From a virus (Duplodnaviria > Caudoviricetes), in the IMG/VR virus record IMGVR_UViG_3300027566_000003: a DNA stretch of 64,000 nt. One strand, given 5' to 3'. Below, piece by piece: positions 22,345 to 34,022 of the stretch (the first letter of the stretch is position 1; each line of letters opens with the position of its first letter). The notes below the pieces were generated by a model, which did not search any database, was not told where the DNA came from, and worked only from the letters and a program-made list of their open reading frames with translations. Position numbers and translations under genes: made by a program.

Positions 22345-24128
22345 TTAATAATTTCCTTTCCTTTAAATATATTTGCTATTTCAAAACATTCATCTAATTT
22401 AAGATTACCATCAATATCCAATTCCCCAACATAAAATTCTCTCCCTTTGGAGTCTTTTGCAAAATATTCTTCTGTAAATTCATATAACTTTGCCTTAAAT
22501 ATTTCTCCTATTTTTACTTCTGCTAAAATTTCTGTCTCATCGTGTTTATATAAAATAAAACCTTCTTTTGCTTTTACTTTTAAATACATTATCAATCATC
22601 CTTTTCTTCTTTATTAAATACCACGAAAATTGACTTTCATTGTACCCTATTCTTCCTTTAGTATTTTTCTATATGTCTTTTGTAAATATCCATCATCGTC
22701 ATATAATAATCTTTTTTGAGACTCTTGCATTTCTTTTTTAGTAAGGTCTTTACAAAATTCATCAAATTGTCCCTCATACATAGGTGTTACTCTTATATCT
22801 AAATAATCAACTAGATTTTTATTTCTTACACATTCATCACAATACCAACTATCATGATTAAAACATATATGATATGCTTCACAACAATTTTTTCTATTGC
22901 CCATTATTATTTCTCCTTTCATAATAGGTTAAAAATGACTTTCATTTACTTACATACTTTTCAAACCATTCGTTGTCATTACCAACGTCACGAACACTAA
23001 TTATATAATTTTGATTAATTACTTCTATATCAAGACTTCCTAAACGATATTTCATAAATGGTAACTTCTTTTTTAAATTCCAAACTGTAAAGGTGACATA
23101 ATTATAATCAATATCATATTTTGATCTATCCACAATTACTTGATTATTAAACCATGTCACATCTTCACAAGCATAAAATTTTCTGCCATTGGATAATATC
23201 ACTTCAATCATACTTCCCACCACCTATATCTAAATCCTTGGAATCCCTTAATTGTGAATGGTAAATTTTCGTTCCTTAAATCTCTTAATAATAACAAACA
23301 ACCTTGCCATACTCTGCCAGTTACTTCACAGGTTAATCCAGATAATTCATCACCCTTGCCACAAAACTCCATTGATGATTCTACTTTATTATTTTTAATA
23401 AAATATAATCTATCACCAATGTTTAGACTCCTAGGCATTTTACTTAAAGTCTAAAATTGATACGCATCTGGGTTATTTAATAAGAATTCTGTTTCCTTGT
23501 CATCGTTTTTATATTCTGATTTAGAAATCGTGACCACAATATCCATATAAATTCTCCTTTCAATTGGCTTAAAACATAACATTCGAAGTACTAATCTTTA
23601 TCATATAATCCAAAACAAAGGACTCTATCCGAATATCCAACATCATGAAATTCTAATATACATTCCTGACGCATCCACGGATAAGGATATGACATCTTTG
23701 ACAATTGTTCATCTGTTAGTAATATCATATAATCCATTTCTAATTTAAAATCATCGTCAAAATCTTTTAATATTGCTCTTAATTGTCCAACTGTTTTTAT
23801 ATTTGTGTTCATTATTCTATTTCTCCTTTACAATCCTTAATCAACACTGGCACAGGTGAAATTCCAAAGTCCCATCTAGACACTAACCCACACTTACTAC
23901 ATTTATAAGTAACAAATTTCTCATCACTAACAAAACTATCACTACTTATTAATTCATTGAAGCATAAAGGACAATAACAAAATGTTTGTTGATTACATTT
24001 GTCTAATTTTTCTACATAATAATTCAATTCTTTTTGTTTATTTATGTTGTATTCGCCTGTGATATTTTCATAGTATACTAAGTCTCTTTTGAGTTTCCAA
24101 ATTTTTAAACGATAATATAGTTTAAACA

Positions 24129-24863
24129 TTAATTTAAACCTCCTTCGATTTCTACAACATTAAATCCTAACTCCTCTGCCTCGTTTCTATCAAAACCGCT
24201 ATCTAAATGCATACAGTATATTTTATTTCTTAACTCTTCAGGAATTAATTCTGTAAGTCTTCTCAATGACAAATGAACATTACCATTATAATCTGCTTTG
24301 CAAGTATCTTGGTATAGATAATTAATCTTACCTTCTTTAAATCCATCTAAAATATTATCTTCTATGTCACAACTGTCACCACTATAATAAATAATATATT
24401 CATGTTCTTCTTCAGAAGGATTTTTAACTAATAATAGCCCAAATGTCATAAGTTCTTTAACATGATTATTTTCTAGGAAATATAATCCTAAATCTAAACT
24501 ATCAATCATTACAGAAGGATCAAAAGCACAATTATCAAATTCGCAATGATCTTCTGTAACTCCCATAATTTCAAGTAATTCAATAAAATCATTATCAGCA
24601 GAATGGAATGTTGGTTTAATTTTCTTGATAAAATAACAGTAAAATATGAAACTACCTAGACTACCTATATGATCTGGATGAGTATGGGTTACTACAATAT
24701 GAACTTCATTAACATCTGATAATAGATTTAGAGATAATATTCTATCAAAAGTCAATTCACCACAATCAAGAAGTAATAGTGTGTTGTTTTCTTTGATGTA
24801 GGCACTTGTGTTTCCTAGTTTTGTGTTGAAAGCCGAACCTGTTCCTATGAATTTTAATTTCAT
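24129..24863 (-). CDS. Metallo-beta-lactamase-fold hydrolase (RNase Z / phosphodiesterase-like)
   Basis: GTGSAF, LLDCG, THTHPDHIGS, YSGD, VHLS, CMH. Confidence 0.88.
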   Translation of the reverse strand: MKLKFIGTGSAFNTKLGNTSAYIKENNTLLLLDCGELTFDRILSLNLLSDVNEVHIVVTHTHPDHIGSLGSFIFYCYFIKKIKPTFHSADNDFIELLEIMGVTEDHCEFDNCAFDPSVMIDSLDLGLYFLENNHVKELMTFGLLLVKNPSEEEHEYIIYYSGDSCDIEDNILDGFKEGKINYLYQDTCKADYNGNVHLSLRRLTELIPEELRNKIYCMHLDSGFDRNEAEELGFNVVEIEGGLN

Positions 24864-25142
24864 TTATTTTACGCTCCTTAATAATTTATTTAAAATCATG
24901 TTCTTTTCTCCAAGCAATTACATTATCACAATTATTAAATTTCCATGTTTTAATTTCCATTCTTGATTTAAAACATTCTACATAATCAAATTCTGCAATA
25001 ATAGTTAGTTCACTATCTTGATGGAATTCATCACAGTGAGGGCAGTATAGCATTTTGTTTCTCACCTCCCTTATATATTATAGGGAATTACCATATTTTT
25101 GGATGTGTCAGGACTTTACATAATATATTATTTTGCTCTTAC

Positions 25143-25257
25143 GTTACGTTCTTCGTTCCCTACGTAACCCCGAAGGTGTGTCTCTTAATCCATTACCACT
25201 ATTACTATTAATTAGAGTATTATAAGAGAGATAAAGATTAAGAGATAAGATAAAGTA
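25143..25257. other. Origin-like stretch just downstream of the primase-like gene
   Basis: GTTACGT/ACGTAAC inverted repeat (25143-25168) followed by short AGATAA-type repeats; non-coding. Confidence 0.3.
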
Positions 25258-26844
25258 TTAAACCTTAACAATATTATTATTTTTATAATCCATTAAATCC
25301 TCATAGAATCTTCTTCCGCATAGTGATTTTATTTCTTTATTCTCAAAGTTATTTATAATACAATTATTAAATGATTCTATATAATTATCTCCCTCATTAA
25401 ATTCAAAACATTTTTCTTCTTCAACATCCTTATCCTCTACAATATTTAAAGTAATTTTATATTTGTTTGGTTCTTTCATAAACTTATGCTCAATAGGAGT
25501 ATTTCTTGAAACAATTTCTATAAATTTATTTTCTGATAGTTGATTGACTATTTTTATTAATGTTGGTCTTGATAAATCTGTTGCTAACATCATTAAACTA
25601 TATGGAAAATAAAATATGCCTGATTTCTTAGCATACCTCTTACTGTGGATAAGCATCGAGTATAATACTAATTTGTCATTCTTGCTCTTCGCTTTAAGTA
25701 TTTCTCTTATTTCTTCATATGTAATCTTTACTGTTTTTACTCCACCGACCAAATTAAATTCATGAGTATAAACATATTCAATAATATTATTTATGTCTTT
25801 TAAAACATTATTCCATTTTGTGGTATAACATTTCTTATCCTGTTGGTTCATCCATTCGGTGATCCACTCTTTACAATCATCTCTTGATACTTCAAGATGT
25901 TTATAATATTTAGCAATATTTATTAACGACTTCCATCTAGTACCTGTTCTAGTTAAACCAGTTTCAATTAACTCCTGAATTGCTTCAATTGTAATTTTTT
26001 CATCAATATTCTGGTTGTATTGAGTCAATGGATTGTGTGTTTCTTTTATTTCAATATAGTTTTCTATGTTCTTTACACTTGTTTCAATTTCTTCAATGTC
26101 AAATATTTTATCTAATATCAATCTAAATAGAATATTATCCATCTTTTTTATTTTAGTTATATGTAATGGATCTCTAATTTGTCTTAAACCTTTACTATAT
26201 TCACAGAAATAGCAATAATTATTTTTATCAATTTTATTATTGAAATTAATCCCTAAAGGAAGTTTAACTCCTAGTTTATTTGTTGGTCTATATTCTACTT
26301 TACCATAATTATCTCCATCAATAATTAAATCTTCTTTTTCTTTTAAACCCTCTTTATCTAATACATATTTGTGAAATCTCTTTAGTAAATTTACTTCTAT
26401 CGGTTCATCAAAAAATATCTCTATATGATAACCTTTACCTCCTGAAAAACTAATATTAATAAATTCATCATCTATCCCTACTTCCTGTAAAGCATGAACA
26501 ACTTTACTTGTAACCCATTTCGCTTTCTCTATATTTTTCTTTTTCTCTTCTTTATCAGTTTTATCTTTTTGTCCAATATCCACATCAAAACATATGAATT
26601 TACTATCTTCAACTCCTTTCATATCCCTAGCAAAGACACCTATAGTTTTAATTCCATCAATATGATTTTTAACTATAGAATCCGTTAATATTGGCCCGTT
26701 AGTCTTTTCTGGATAATCCTTATAATAATGAATTGAAACATAAGTATCTGCTTTTGTACTCCATATAAGATATTTGAATCTTTGTAATATGTATAAATCA
26801 TTAATTGCTTTAACAATTGCCTCTTTCTCTGGATTTATTATCAT
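25258..26844 (-). CDS. Archaeo-eukaryotic primase (AEP)-like protein with C-terminal primase-C/HTH region; putative replication protein
   Basis: TIGVF...FICFDVD (motif I), ISFSGGKGYHIEIFF (motif II), VEYRP...GVKLPLG; C-terminal wHTH-like LSRPTLIKIVNQLSENKFIE. Confidence 0.7.
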   Translation of the reverse strand: MIINPEKEAIVKAINDLYILQRFKYLIWSTKADTYVSIHYYKDYPEKTNGPILTDSIVKNHIDGIKTIGVFARDMKGVEDSKFICFDVDIGQKDKTDKEEKKKNIEKAKWVTSKVVHALQEVGIDDEFINISFSGGKGYHIEIFFDEPIEVNLLKRFHKYVLDKEGLKEKEDLIIDGDNYGKVEYRPTNKLGVKLPLGINFNNKIDKNNYCYFCEYSKGLRQIRDPLHITKIKKMDNILFRLILDKIFDIEEIETSVKNIENYIEIKETHNPLTQYNQNIDEKITIEAIQELIETGLTRTGTRWKSLINIAKYYKHLEVSRDDCKEWITEWMNQQDKKCYTTKWNNVLKDINNIIEYVYTHEFNLVGGVKTVKITYEEIREILKAKSKNDKLVLYSMLIHSKRYAKKSGIFYFPYSLMMLATDLSRPTLIKIVNQLSENKFIEIVSRNTPIEHKFMKEPNKYKITLNIVEDKDVEEEKCFEFNEGDNYIESFNNCIINNFENKEIKSLCGRRFYEDLMDYKNNNIVKV

Positions 26845-26891
26845 TACTATTTCTTGGTCACTATTCCTTTCATTTTCACATCATGGTCAGT

Positions 26892-27077
26892 TTAAACCAT
26901 AGGTCTCCACCGATTGCACCATTCATCAAAAGCAGATTGTAATTCATTTGATTTTGCGAACTGCACAAAGGTATCTCCCTTAGTTCCAACGCCAACCTTT
27001 AGTGGAGTAATACCTTTACTAAAATAGAACTCAGCCTGAGTTAAATTATAAACGAATATGTATTTTCGCTCAGTCAT
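26892..27077 (-). CDS. Small DUF5659-like putative DNA-binding protein
   Basis: YIFVYNLTQAEFYFSKG...FVQF...AFDEW; same size and architecture as ORF 62884..63087 and also precedes a replication-type gene. Confidence 0.45.
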   Translation of the reverse strand: MTERKYIFVYNLTQAEFYFSKGITPLKVGVGTKGDTFVQFAKSNELQSAFDEWCNRWRPMV

Positions 27078-28127
27078 AATTGAAATGCTCCTCCGTTTGT
27101 TTAATTTGCTCCTAATATTTGTTTGAAAGATAATTTTATTTCTTACCTAAGTAAATCCATACACAATCATTTTATTGCTAATATTTCTCACCTCCTTTTA
27201 TTAATAATGATTATTTATTCTTTGGTTCAAACATTCCACAAATACAAGGGGAAACCAATTTCTTCATTGTAATTATCTGGATTATTTTCTTGTGGATTAT
27301 CACAATCAATTTGCAATATTTCATAGAAACCATTTATCCTATTTTCACAATCCATTGTTTTTCACATCCTCCTTTATTTTACTTCTTCATTCCCCTAACT
27401 CTATCAATTACTCTATATCTTTTCTTACCAATATTCTTTTTACCATATCTTTCTTGAACTTTTTCAAATCCTTTTGCGAACTCAGGATCTTTACATTTTC
27501 CTTCAATAATTGCATCAATATCAACTTCTGCAAAATAACCTTTATCTTCGTGCATATTTTCACCTCCTTTTAATAAAATTTCATACTCTAAATATCTGTT
27601 ATTTTTCTACCCCAATCAATACGATATTGTGCTTCTAAATCCCTAAGACAATCTTGATAATTTTTCATCACTTCACTCATTACAAATGGTTTTATGACAA
27701 CTTTCAAAACTTCTTCTAATTTATAATTCACAATATACCCAATAATTTCATCATCAGTTAATATTGATAATTTATCGAGAGTTGATTTAATCATTGTCGG
27801 TATTAAATTAACATTTAGAATATTATCTTTTCGTGCTAGTTTTAAAAGTCGTTCAGATTCTACTATTTCATAAATTAATTCACTAATAATATGAGTTTGA
27901 CTATATTTATTAGTGAACCATTCAGAAAAACTTGTTAACGGAATAATATATTTCTTTTCGAATTTCTTTTTGTATTCTGCTTTTACAACAATAAAACCAA
28001 TTTCATTAGTATACACGTTTGTATCTTTAATAATTTCTTTTGGTATTTCTTGATTGAATTCATAATTAACATATAACCTTTTATTCATAATTCTTAACTC
28101 CTTAACTTATATTTCTACCACATATTA

Positions 28128-28156
28128 ATTATACTACACAATAAATAACATGTCAA
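28128..28156 (-). promoter_or_regulatory. Consensus sigmaA promoter
   Basis: TTGACA-17 bp-TATAAT. Confidence 0.85.
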
Positions 28157-28183
28157 TTAATTTATTTTTGAATTTATAATTAT

Positions 28184-28204
28184 AAAAGGGAGAATAAACT
28201 CCCT
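28184..28204 (-). terminator. Intrinsic terminator
   Basis: AGGGAG/CTCCCT stem followed by a U run on the minus strand. Confidence 0.6.
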
Positions 28205-28279
28205 AATATTTACCTTTCTTCTTCCATGTAATTATCTCCCATATTAATACTCATCTCCTTAACTTAATATCTATCCAGA

Positions 28280-31200
28280 TCAAGGTTCCCACACAAACAA
28301 TTTATAATCATCTTCTTTTAATACAGGCCAAACATCATCACCATCTTTAACTTTGCTTTGTAGAAAATCACAAATAAGTTTGCCATAATAATTATTAAGT
28401 CCTTCTGCAATGATATATTCGCTGAAATCATCTAAATCATAATTACTTGTTGCTATTATTTTCATATATAATCATTCTCCTTTTTATCATAATCTAATCC
28501 CGTAAATCCCATTTTATGTAATTCAGTTAATTTTATTTTCACTTCGTGTAAATCAAACAATATAGCATCCTCTATAAATGATGTTAATTTAGGCATACCA
28601 TTGTCATAATTTCTTTCGTAATATTCATTAATAAAATTATATATTACATATTTTTTGTCCATATTCTCACCTCCTTGAACTATAAGTATAACATATTATT
28701 TACAATAATGTCAATATTTATTTCCTGTTTATTATTAATCTTCATAACCTCGAATACCTTTGATTCTTCTTATTAATGATTCATATTGAGCTTTTGCAAT
28801 TTTTCTAGATACTATTGTGAAAAATTTATCATTGATTTTCTTGATTAATTCTTTTATTTTGTTGGCCTCTTCTTGGGTGACATAAAGTTTCATAATTTAA
28901 TTTCTCCTTTAAAATGACAATTCTATTTCTTTTGTAATTTTAATTTCTTCTCAATGTTGTTTACCAATTCTTTAAGTGTCCACCCATCAGCAAATTCAAA
29001 TCCTTTATTCTCTGAGTCATTTTCATGTGCTACCCAGTATAAATGACTATCATCAAACCCGAAGTCTCTAATTAATTCACAATTATATTTCTTTTCAATT
29101 AATTTTTTAGTTAATTGCATCTTATTTTCTCCTTTCTAATTCCATTCAAATAATGCTTTGTTAGGATTTTAATACAATTCATTTTCATGTTTATAAATAC
29201 CAAGTAAACTCCTAAAGCTATATCTTAAATTATCTTCTGCTTCTTCAACCCATTTAGTTTTTAATCTCTTTATAACATCCTCAAGTTCCACATCTAATTT
29301 AGCATAATAACTTATATTGATATCATTGTAATTTCCTTTATATTCTAGGTAATGCCAATAGTCATTATTTTTTGTAAAACCAAGAGCTAAAAACATCTCA
29401 TCTGTCATTTTCATTAATTATTTTCCTCCTCTTTATCAAAATTTTCACATTCGGTTATCGGTAAATCTAGAAGTCCAAATCCATCAGGATCTATCTTATT
29501 ACTAGGAGCTTTATCACATATATACCAATCATAAAATTCCCAATTTTTGCAGTGTCTACATATCGATCCTATTAGACGTTCATCTATCCAAAAACTTACT
29601 TCTCTCATTTATATTACTTCCTCCTTGATATGTTCAATTAATTTAAGTATTTCTTTAGTGTTTTTATTTATTTTACTCTCTAATAATATATCTTTAAACT
29701 CTTTTTTACTCACAACATCCCAAGACCCATATCCTTTTGAATATTCACTAATTTCAATATTATACTCTCCCTCCCAATCACCAATTTTTTTCATATTATG
29801 TTTAGTAATTTTCTCAATATCAAGTGCATGTTCTAAGTAATAAGTTCCATCAGAAAGTGGATATTTATCAGAAAACATAGATGATAAATCTTTAATGGTC
29901 TGCTCATCTAATTCAAGAATGCTATTAATAGATTTAAGTTTATCACAGTATATTTTAACTTCTTGATATTCTTTATTAATCTCTTGAAGATATTTTAGAT
30001 ATTCATTTAATTTCTTAGTTTTTCTACTTTCTACCTTGTTTAGATATTCATCTCCTGCTTGAATTAGGCTTTGTTTTACCACATTTCCAATATTATGATA
30101 ACAGGTGTCGCATATGTAATTTCTAACTAGATGGGCTTTTTCTTCTGGCAATGGGTAATAATTTGTAACCATTACATATTCTCTATCTTCAATTTCTTCT
30201 TCTTGCCTTGAAAAGACTTTAAACTGATAACCACATAAATCACATTTAATATCTGGTGAATGACTCATTTTTATTTCCTTCTTTCATAGTTTTATTTAAT
30301 AGTTTCAAAGAATGATCTTAATGTATCCTTAAATATTCTTTTGTCACTTCCCATAGAGCATCACAAAATTCCATTCCATAATTACCGTAGATTTTATTTC
30401 TTATTCTTTCATCAAGCATTTTTAATGCACAGTTAATACAACTACAACCTAATAATATCTCAATCATCTGCCCAATATTCAAAAGTGGAATTGACATATT
30501 AAATGGTTTATTGTGTCCATCCCATGCAAATTGTTTACCATTTAGAAAATCATTTCCAAGACATATAAACACATCTCCTTGTTGTTGGCGTTCAGACCAC
30601 CATAATCTTAGATAATCTTGTTGCTCTTGTGTAAGTTCTTGAAGTTGAGATACGGTAATTCTTTGTTTCATTTTAAAATCTCCTTCACTTTCAAATGCTT
30701 TGAGTAGTTTATGAGAGTCCATTTCTCTAATTGTTTTGTTTGGTTTCATTACTTAATTCCTCTCTTAATTTGATGTTTGATATGTATGCTCTAAAATATT
30801 CTTAATAAGTAACTTTTCAAAGTATACACTGCCATCATTTAGCTCATCTGCATTATCTTCAACATCATCTTCTATTCTTCTTGCTAATTCTTTTGCCCAT
30901 TTATAACGATAATCTTTAACATCTACTTTCATTTTATCAACTCCTATAAATGTTGTATTTTATGGTAAGTTATATTTCAAGGACAACTATAACCACAATG
31001 TCCATATTTAGCCGATACAGATCCCTTTGCTAAAGGCATATAGCAATACTGACAATATTCAATTTTATAATCTCCTTCATCGTATGTTCTTAAATGTTCA
31101 TCAATTAATTCTTGCATTTTATTTTGATATACTTTTCTTTCTTCGTCCGTTGATAATCTATCAATATACGATTGCCTATATTTCCAAAACCTAATTAATC

Positions 31201-31809
31201 TACTTTCCAGATATTCTTTGCTTTGGTATTTTCTTTGATATTCATCATTTGTCATTATATAATCTCCTTTTCATTTTAATTTCTATTCCCTCGAAAGATG
31301 TCTTTGCTAGGATTAATCCCAATTAATATGTTCATGAATTTTTGTAATCTTATCAATATCTACTACTTTAAATCCAATTAATTGTTTTGTAAGTCCTCTC
31401 TTAACAGACGTAAATCTATAATCATCATCTAAGCTCATACAATAACATTCACTATCGCTATTAAAATACTCAAATTTCTTTGGTAATGTATAAGAAAATA
31501 TAATCCATTTACATTTTTGGTCATAATTTATCTCTCTGTATTTTAATTTGTTTTTCACACAATATTCTTTAAGGATAATTTCTAATTGTTCGATAGTTAA
31601 TTCTTTCATTTACATCATCCCTTTCCTGTTTGCCATTTTATAAATTCTTTAGTCTCTTCATCTTGTTCCATTAGTGCAATTATCCGAGAATGAAATATTA
31701 TATAACTCCAATCATCATCTTTAATATTATACTTTTCTTTCATTTCTTGTAAGATACTTTTTGAGTATTCTGGCTGCTGTACTTTTTCTTCATTGTTCAT
31801 AATTCTCAT
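28280..31809 (-). other. Array of short hypothetical phage ORFs
   Basis: Consecutive minus-strand ORFs with SD sites; no recognisable families. Confidence 0.7.
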
Positions 31810-31906
31810 CCTTTCTTAACCCGACCAAAGTGGGATTTTATTGTTTATCTTCTTGTATTGTGATTTCCATTTTTATTTCCACAAATGCTGTTTTAGTATG
31901 ATTTCT

Positions 31907-32106
31907 GAAACACTGCACGAGCTAAAGCTCGGCAGGTTCTTATGTACTCATGAATTTCTTTTATACTCTCATTTGCAAGTATGGTATTTCATTCACATTT
32001 TACACATATAAACACTAATCATTTTCCACAAGACTTTTACTATCAATTCTATCATTATAGAAATTAACGATAGCATACGGCTCGTTTCTAAACCGTTATT
32101 TAATTG
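31907..32106 (-). ncRNA. Putative TnpB omegaRNA/reRNA scaffold, element 2
   Basis: Lies between tnpB stop and right end; stems covary with element 1. Confidence 0.65.
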
Positions 32107-33558
32107 TTAGATTACATTTCTTAATGCTTTACTTAAATCCAAACTTCTTAATCTTTCAACCTCAATATCGTGTAATATTCTAAAGTCATTGAACTTCTCA
32201 AAACATAAATCTCTATTAATTGTTTCTAAATCATTATTTACATTCATAATCAAAAAACTAGAATACAAATCTCTTTGTATTTTAAACTCTCCAAAGTCGT
32301 TCCATCTTTCATCAAGTTCTTTTTTATTGTGCTCATCACTAGTATGATTATATTGACTAGCTTTAACTTTCCAAGTGTCAATCTTCTTTAAATTCTTATC
32401 AATCCATTTAAGTTTATTATCCAGTATTGTCAACAACATTGAAGGAGCTTTGTTCGCTAAACTCTTACCGAATCTCTTTTTCTTATTAAACTTACCTGTC
32501 TTTTTGTTGATAGTAGTATTTTTAGCCCTAGATTGTAATCCTTTATAACTCATAGTCTCAACCTTTATGTCATTACCTAATGTTAATATATAGTTAGCAA
32601 GTTGATTGTGAGATTGCTTTCTGATTTCTCTTTGTTTTCTTTGAATTTCTTTTAACTCCATTTGAATCTTGATGTAATGTTTTGATTTAATCCATTTAGT
32701 TTTATTTTTAGTATTAATCGTGCCATTTTCATTGTATTTGTTAGGGTTATTTACTCTTCTAGAACGATCCATTTTACGTTGCAATATTCGTTTTTTATCT
32801 TTAATATTCTGAATATCTGGAGCAAGTTCTAATAGTTTAACATCATTCTTAGAACATATTGCTAAACTCTGAGTTCCAATATCCAGTCCAACTACACCTT
32901 CGTTGGTATAGTGTTTAATCTCTCCAGTGTTCATGTCTATCTTCTGTGGAGGAATTCCATCTAAAATCAATTGAACATAGTAATGGTATTTACCTTTAAT
33001 AATTTCGCGTTTAATTCTGCAATATTTGACTTTATTTTGTAATGCCATATGAGCATAGATATCATTTTTATCAATAATCACAGATAATTTCAACCCTGAA
33101 AATAATACAGTATCATCTCTAAATCTAATTCCTTGTTTATTAGTTTTTCCTTCAATGGAGTTTAATTCGCCATATGCTTTATATTTAATCTTATTTGCCT
33201 TATGGAATATTAATTCTTGAAAAGCATCAAATGCTCTAGTAGCAATCTTTTGAACTGTCATAGCGTCTATGCCAAAATATTTACTCATTGGTTTAACAAA
33301 ATCATGTAATGAATACTCTGTCAAATTATATTTCTTATTCAATCCATTAAATATTTTATTTCTATCTTTCCCTTTGTATTTGCAATTTGCTTGATATGCT
33401 TTAGATTCTCTCATGTGATTATATCTCTTATGTAATTCAGAAATACAAGAGTTGTAAATCTTTCTGCATTTTTCAAAATTTTTATCTAAGATATCCTCTT
33501 GAAATTTTTCAGTTTTTAACGGCAAAGTTAAAACAAAATTAGACATAGTATTCACCAC
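32107..33558 (-). CDS. tnpB: TnpB RNA-guided endonuclease (IS605 OrfB)
   Basis: RuvC-I GLDIG, RuvC-II IKVETM and RuvC-III QRDLYSS intact; own promoter TTGTAA-17-TATAAT at 33571-33599; no canonical CxxC zinc finger. Confidence 0.93.
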   Translation of the reverse strand: MVNTMSNFVLTLPLKTEKFQEDILDKNFEKCRKIYNSCISELHKRYNHMRESKAYQANCKYKGKDRNKIFNGLNKKYNLTEYSLHDFVKPMSKYFGIDAMTVQKIATRAFDAFQELIFHKANKIKYKAYGELNSIEGKTNKQGIRFRDDTVLFSGLKLSVIIDKNDIYAHMALQNKVKYCRIKREIIKGKYHYYVQLILDGIPPQKIDMNTGEIKHYTNEGVVGLDIGTQSLAICSKNDVKLLELAPDIQNIKDKKRILQRKMDRSRRVNNPNKYNENGTINTKNKTKWIKSKHYIKIQMELKEIQRKQREIRKQSHNQLANYILTLGNDIKVETMSYKGLQSRAKNTTINKKTGKFNKKKRFGKSLANKAPSMLLTILDNKLKWIDKNLKKIDTWKVKASQYNHTSDEHNKKELDERWNDFGEFKIQRDLYSSFLIMNVNNDLETINRDLCFEKFNDFRILHDIEVERLRSLDLSKALRNVI

Positions 33559-33602
33559 CTTTCTTTATTAATTATATCATGTTTATATAATAATTACAAG
33601 AA

Positions 33603-34022
33603 TTATTTGCCTTGATTCTCAATATATTGTTTAACTACTTCTAATGAAACACTTCCAACCGTAGATACAAAACTACTTCTACTCCAGAACTTCCCACCCC
33701 ATAATTTATTTTTTCTTATGTGTGGGAATTCTTCAAATAATCTATAAGCAGTTACTTGTTTTAATACTTGAATGCATTTTGTAACACCGTATCTAGGATT
33801 ACAATTAATAATCATATGTACATGATCTTTATCAGTTTCAATATCAGTAATTTCAAAATCATGAGCTGTTGCTACTTCCAAACATATTTCTTTCAATCTA
33901 TCAGAAACTTTACCAGTTAATATTTTATGTCTGTACTTGGGACAAAATATCACATGGTAATTGCATTTAAATACCAAATGTTCAGAAACATGATAAGATT
34001 TATTTTTACGATATGTTTTAAT
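33603..34022 (-). CDS. tnpA: IS200-type HUH (Y1) transposase
   Basis: NYHVIFCPKYR, DKDHVHM (HUH), LWGGKFW, VKQYIENQ; frame open from ATT at 34022 (track starts at TTG 33977). Confidence 0.93.
   Translation of the reverse strand: MKTYRKNKSYHVSEHLVFKCNYHVIFCPKYRHKILTGKVSDRLKEICLEVATAHDFEITDIETDKDHVHMIINCNPRYGVTKCIQVLKQVTAYRLFEEFPHIRKNKLWGGKFWSRSSFVSTVGSVSLEVVKQYIENQGK

Noticed and set aside
32073-32083. Group II intron domain V-like GAGCCGTATGC
   Set aside because: No matching 3' half of D5, no D6 and no RT; it pairs locally within the TnpB omegaRNA region
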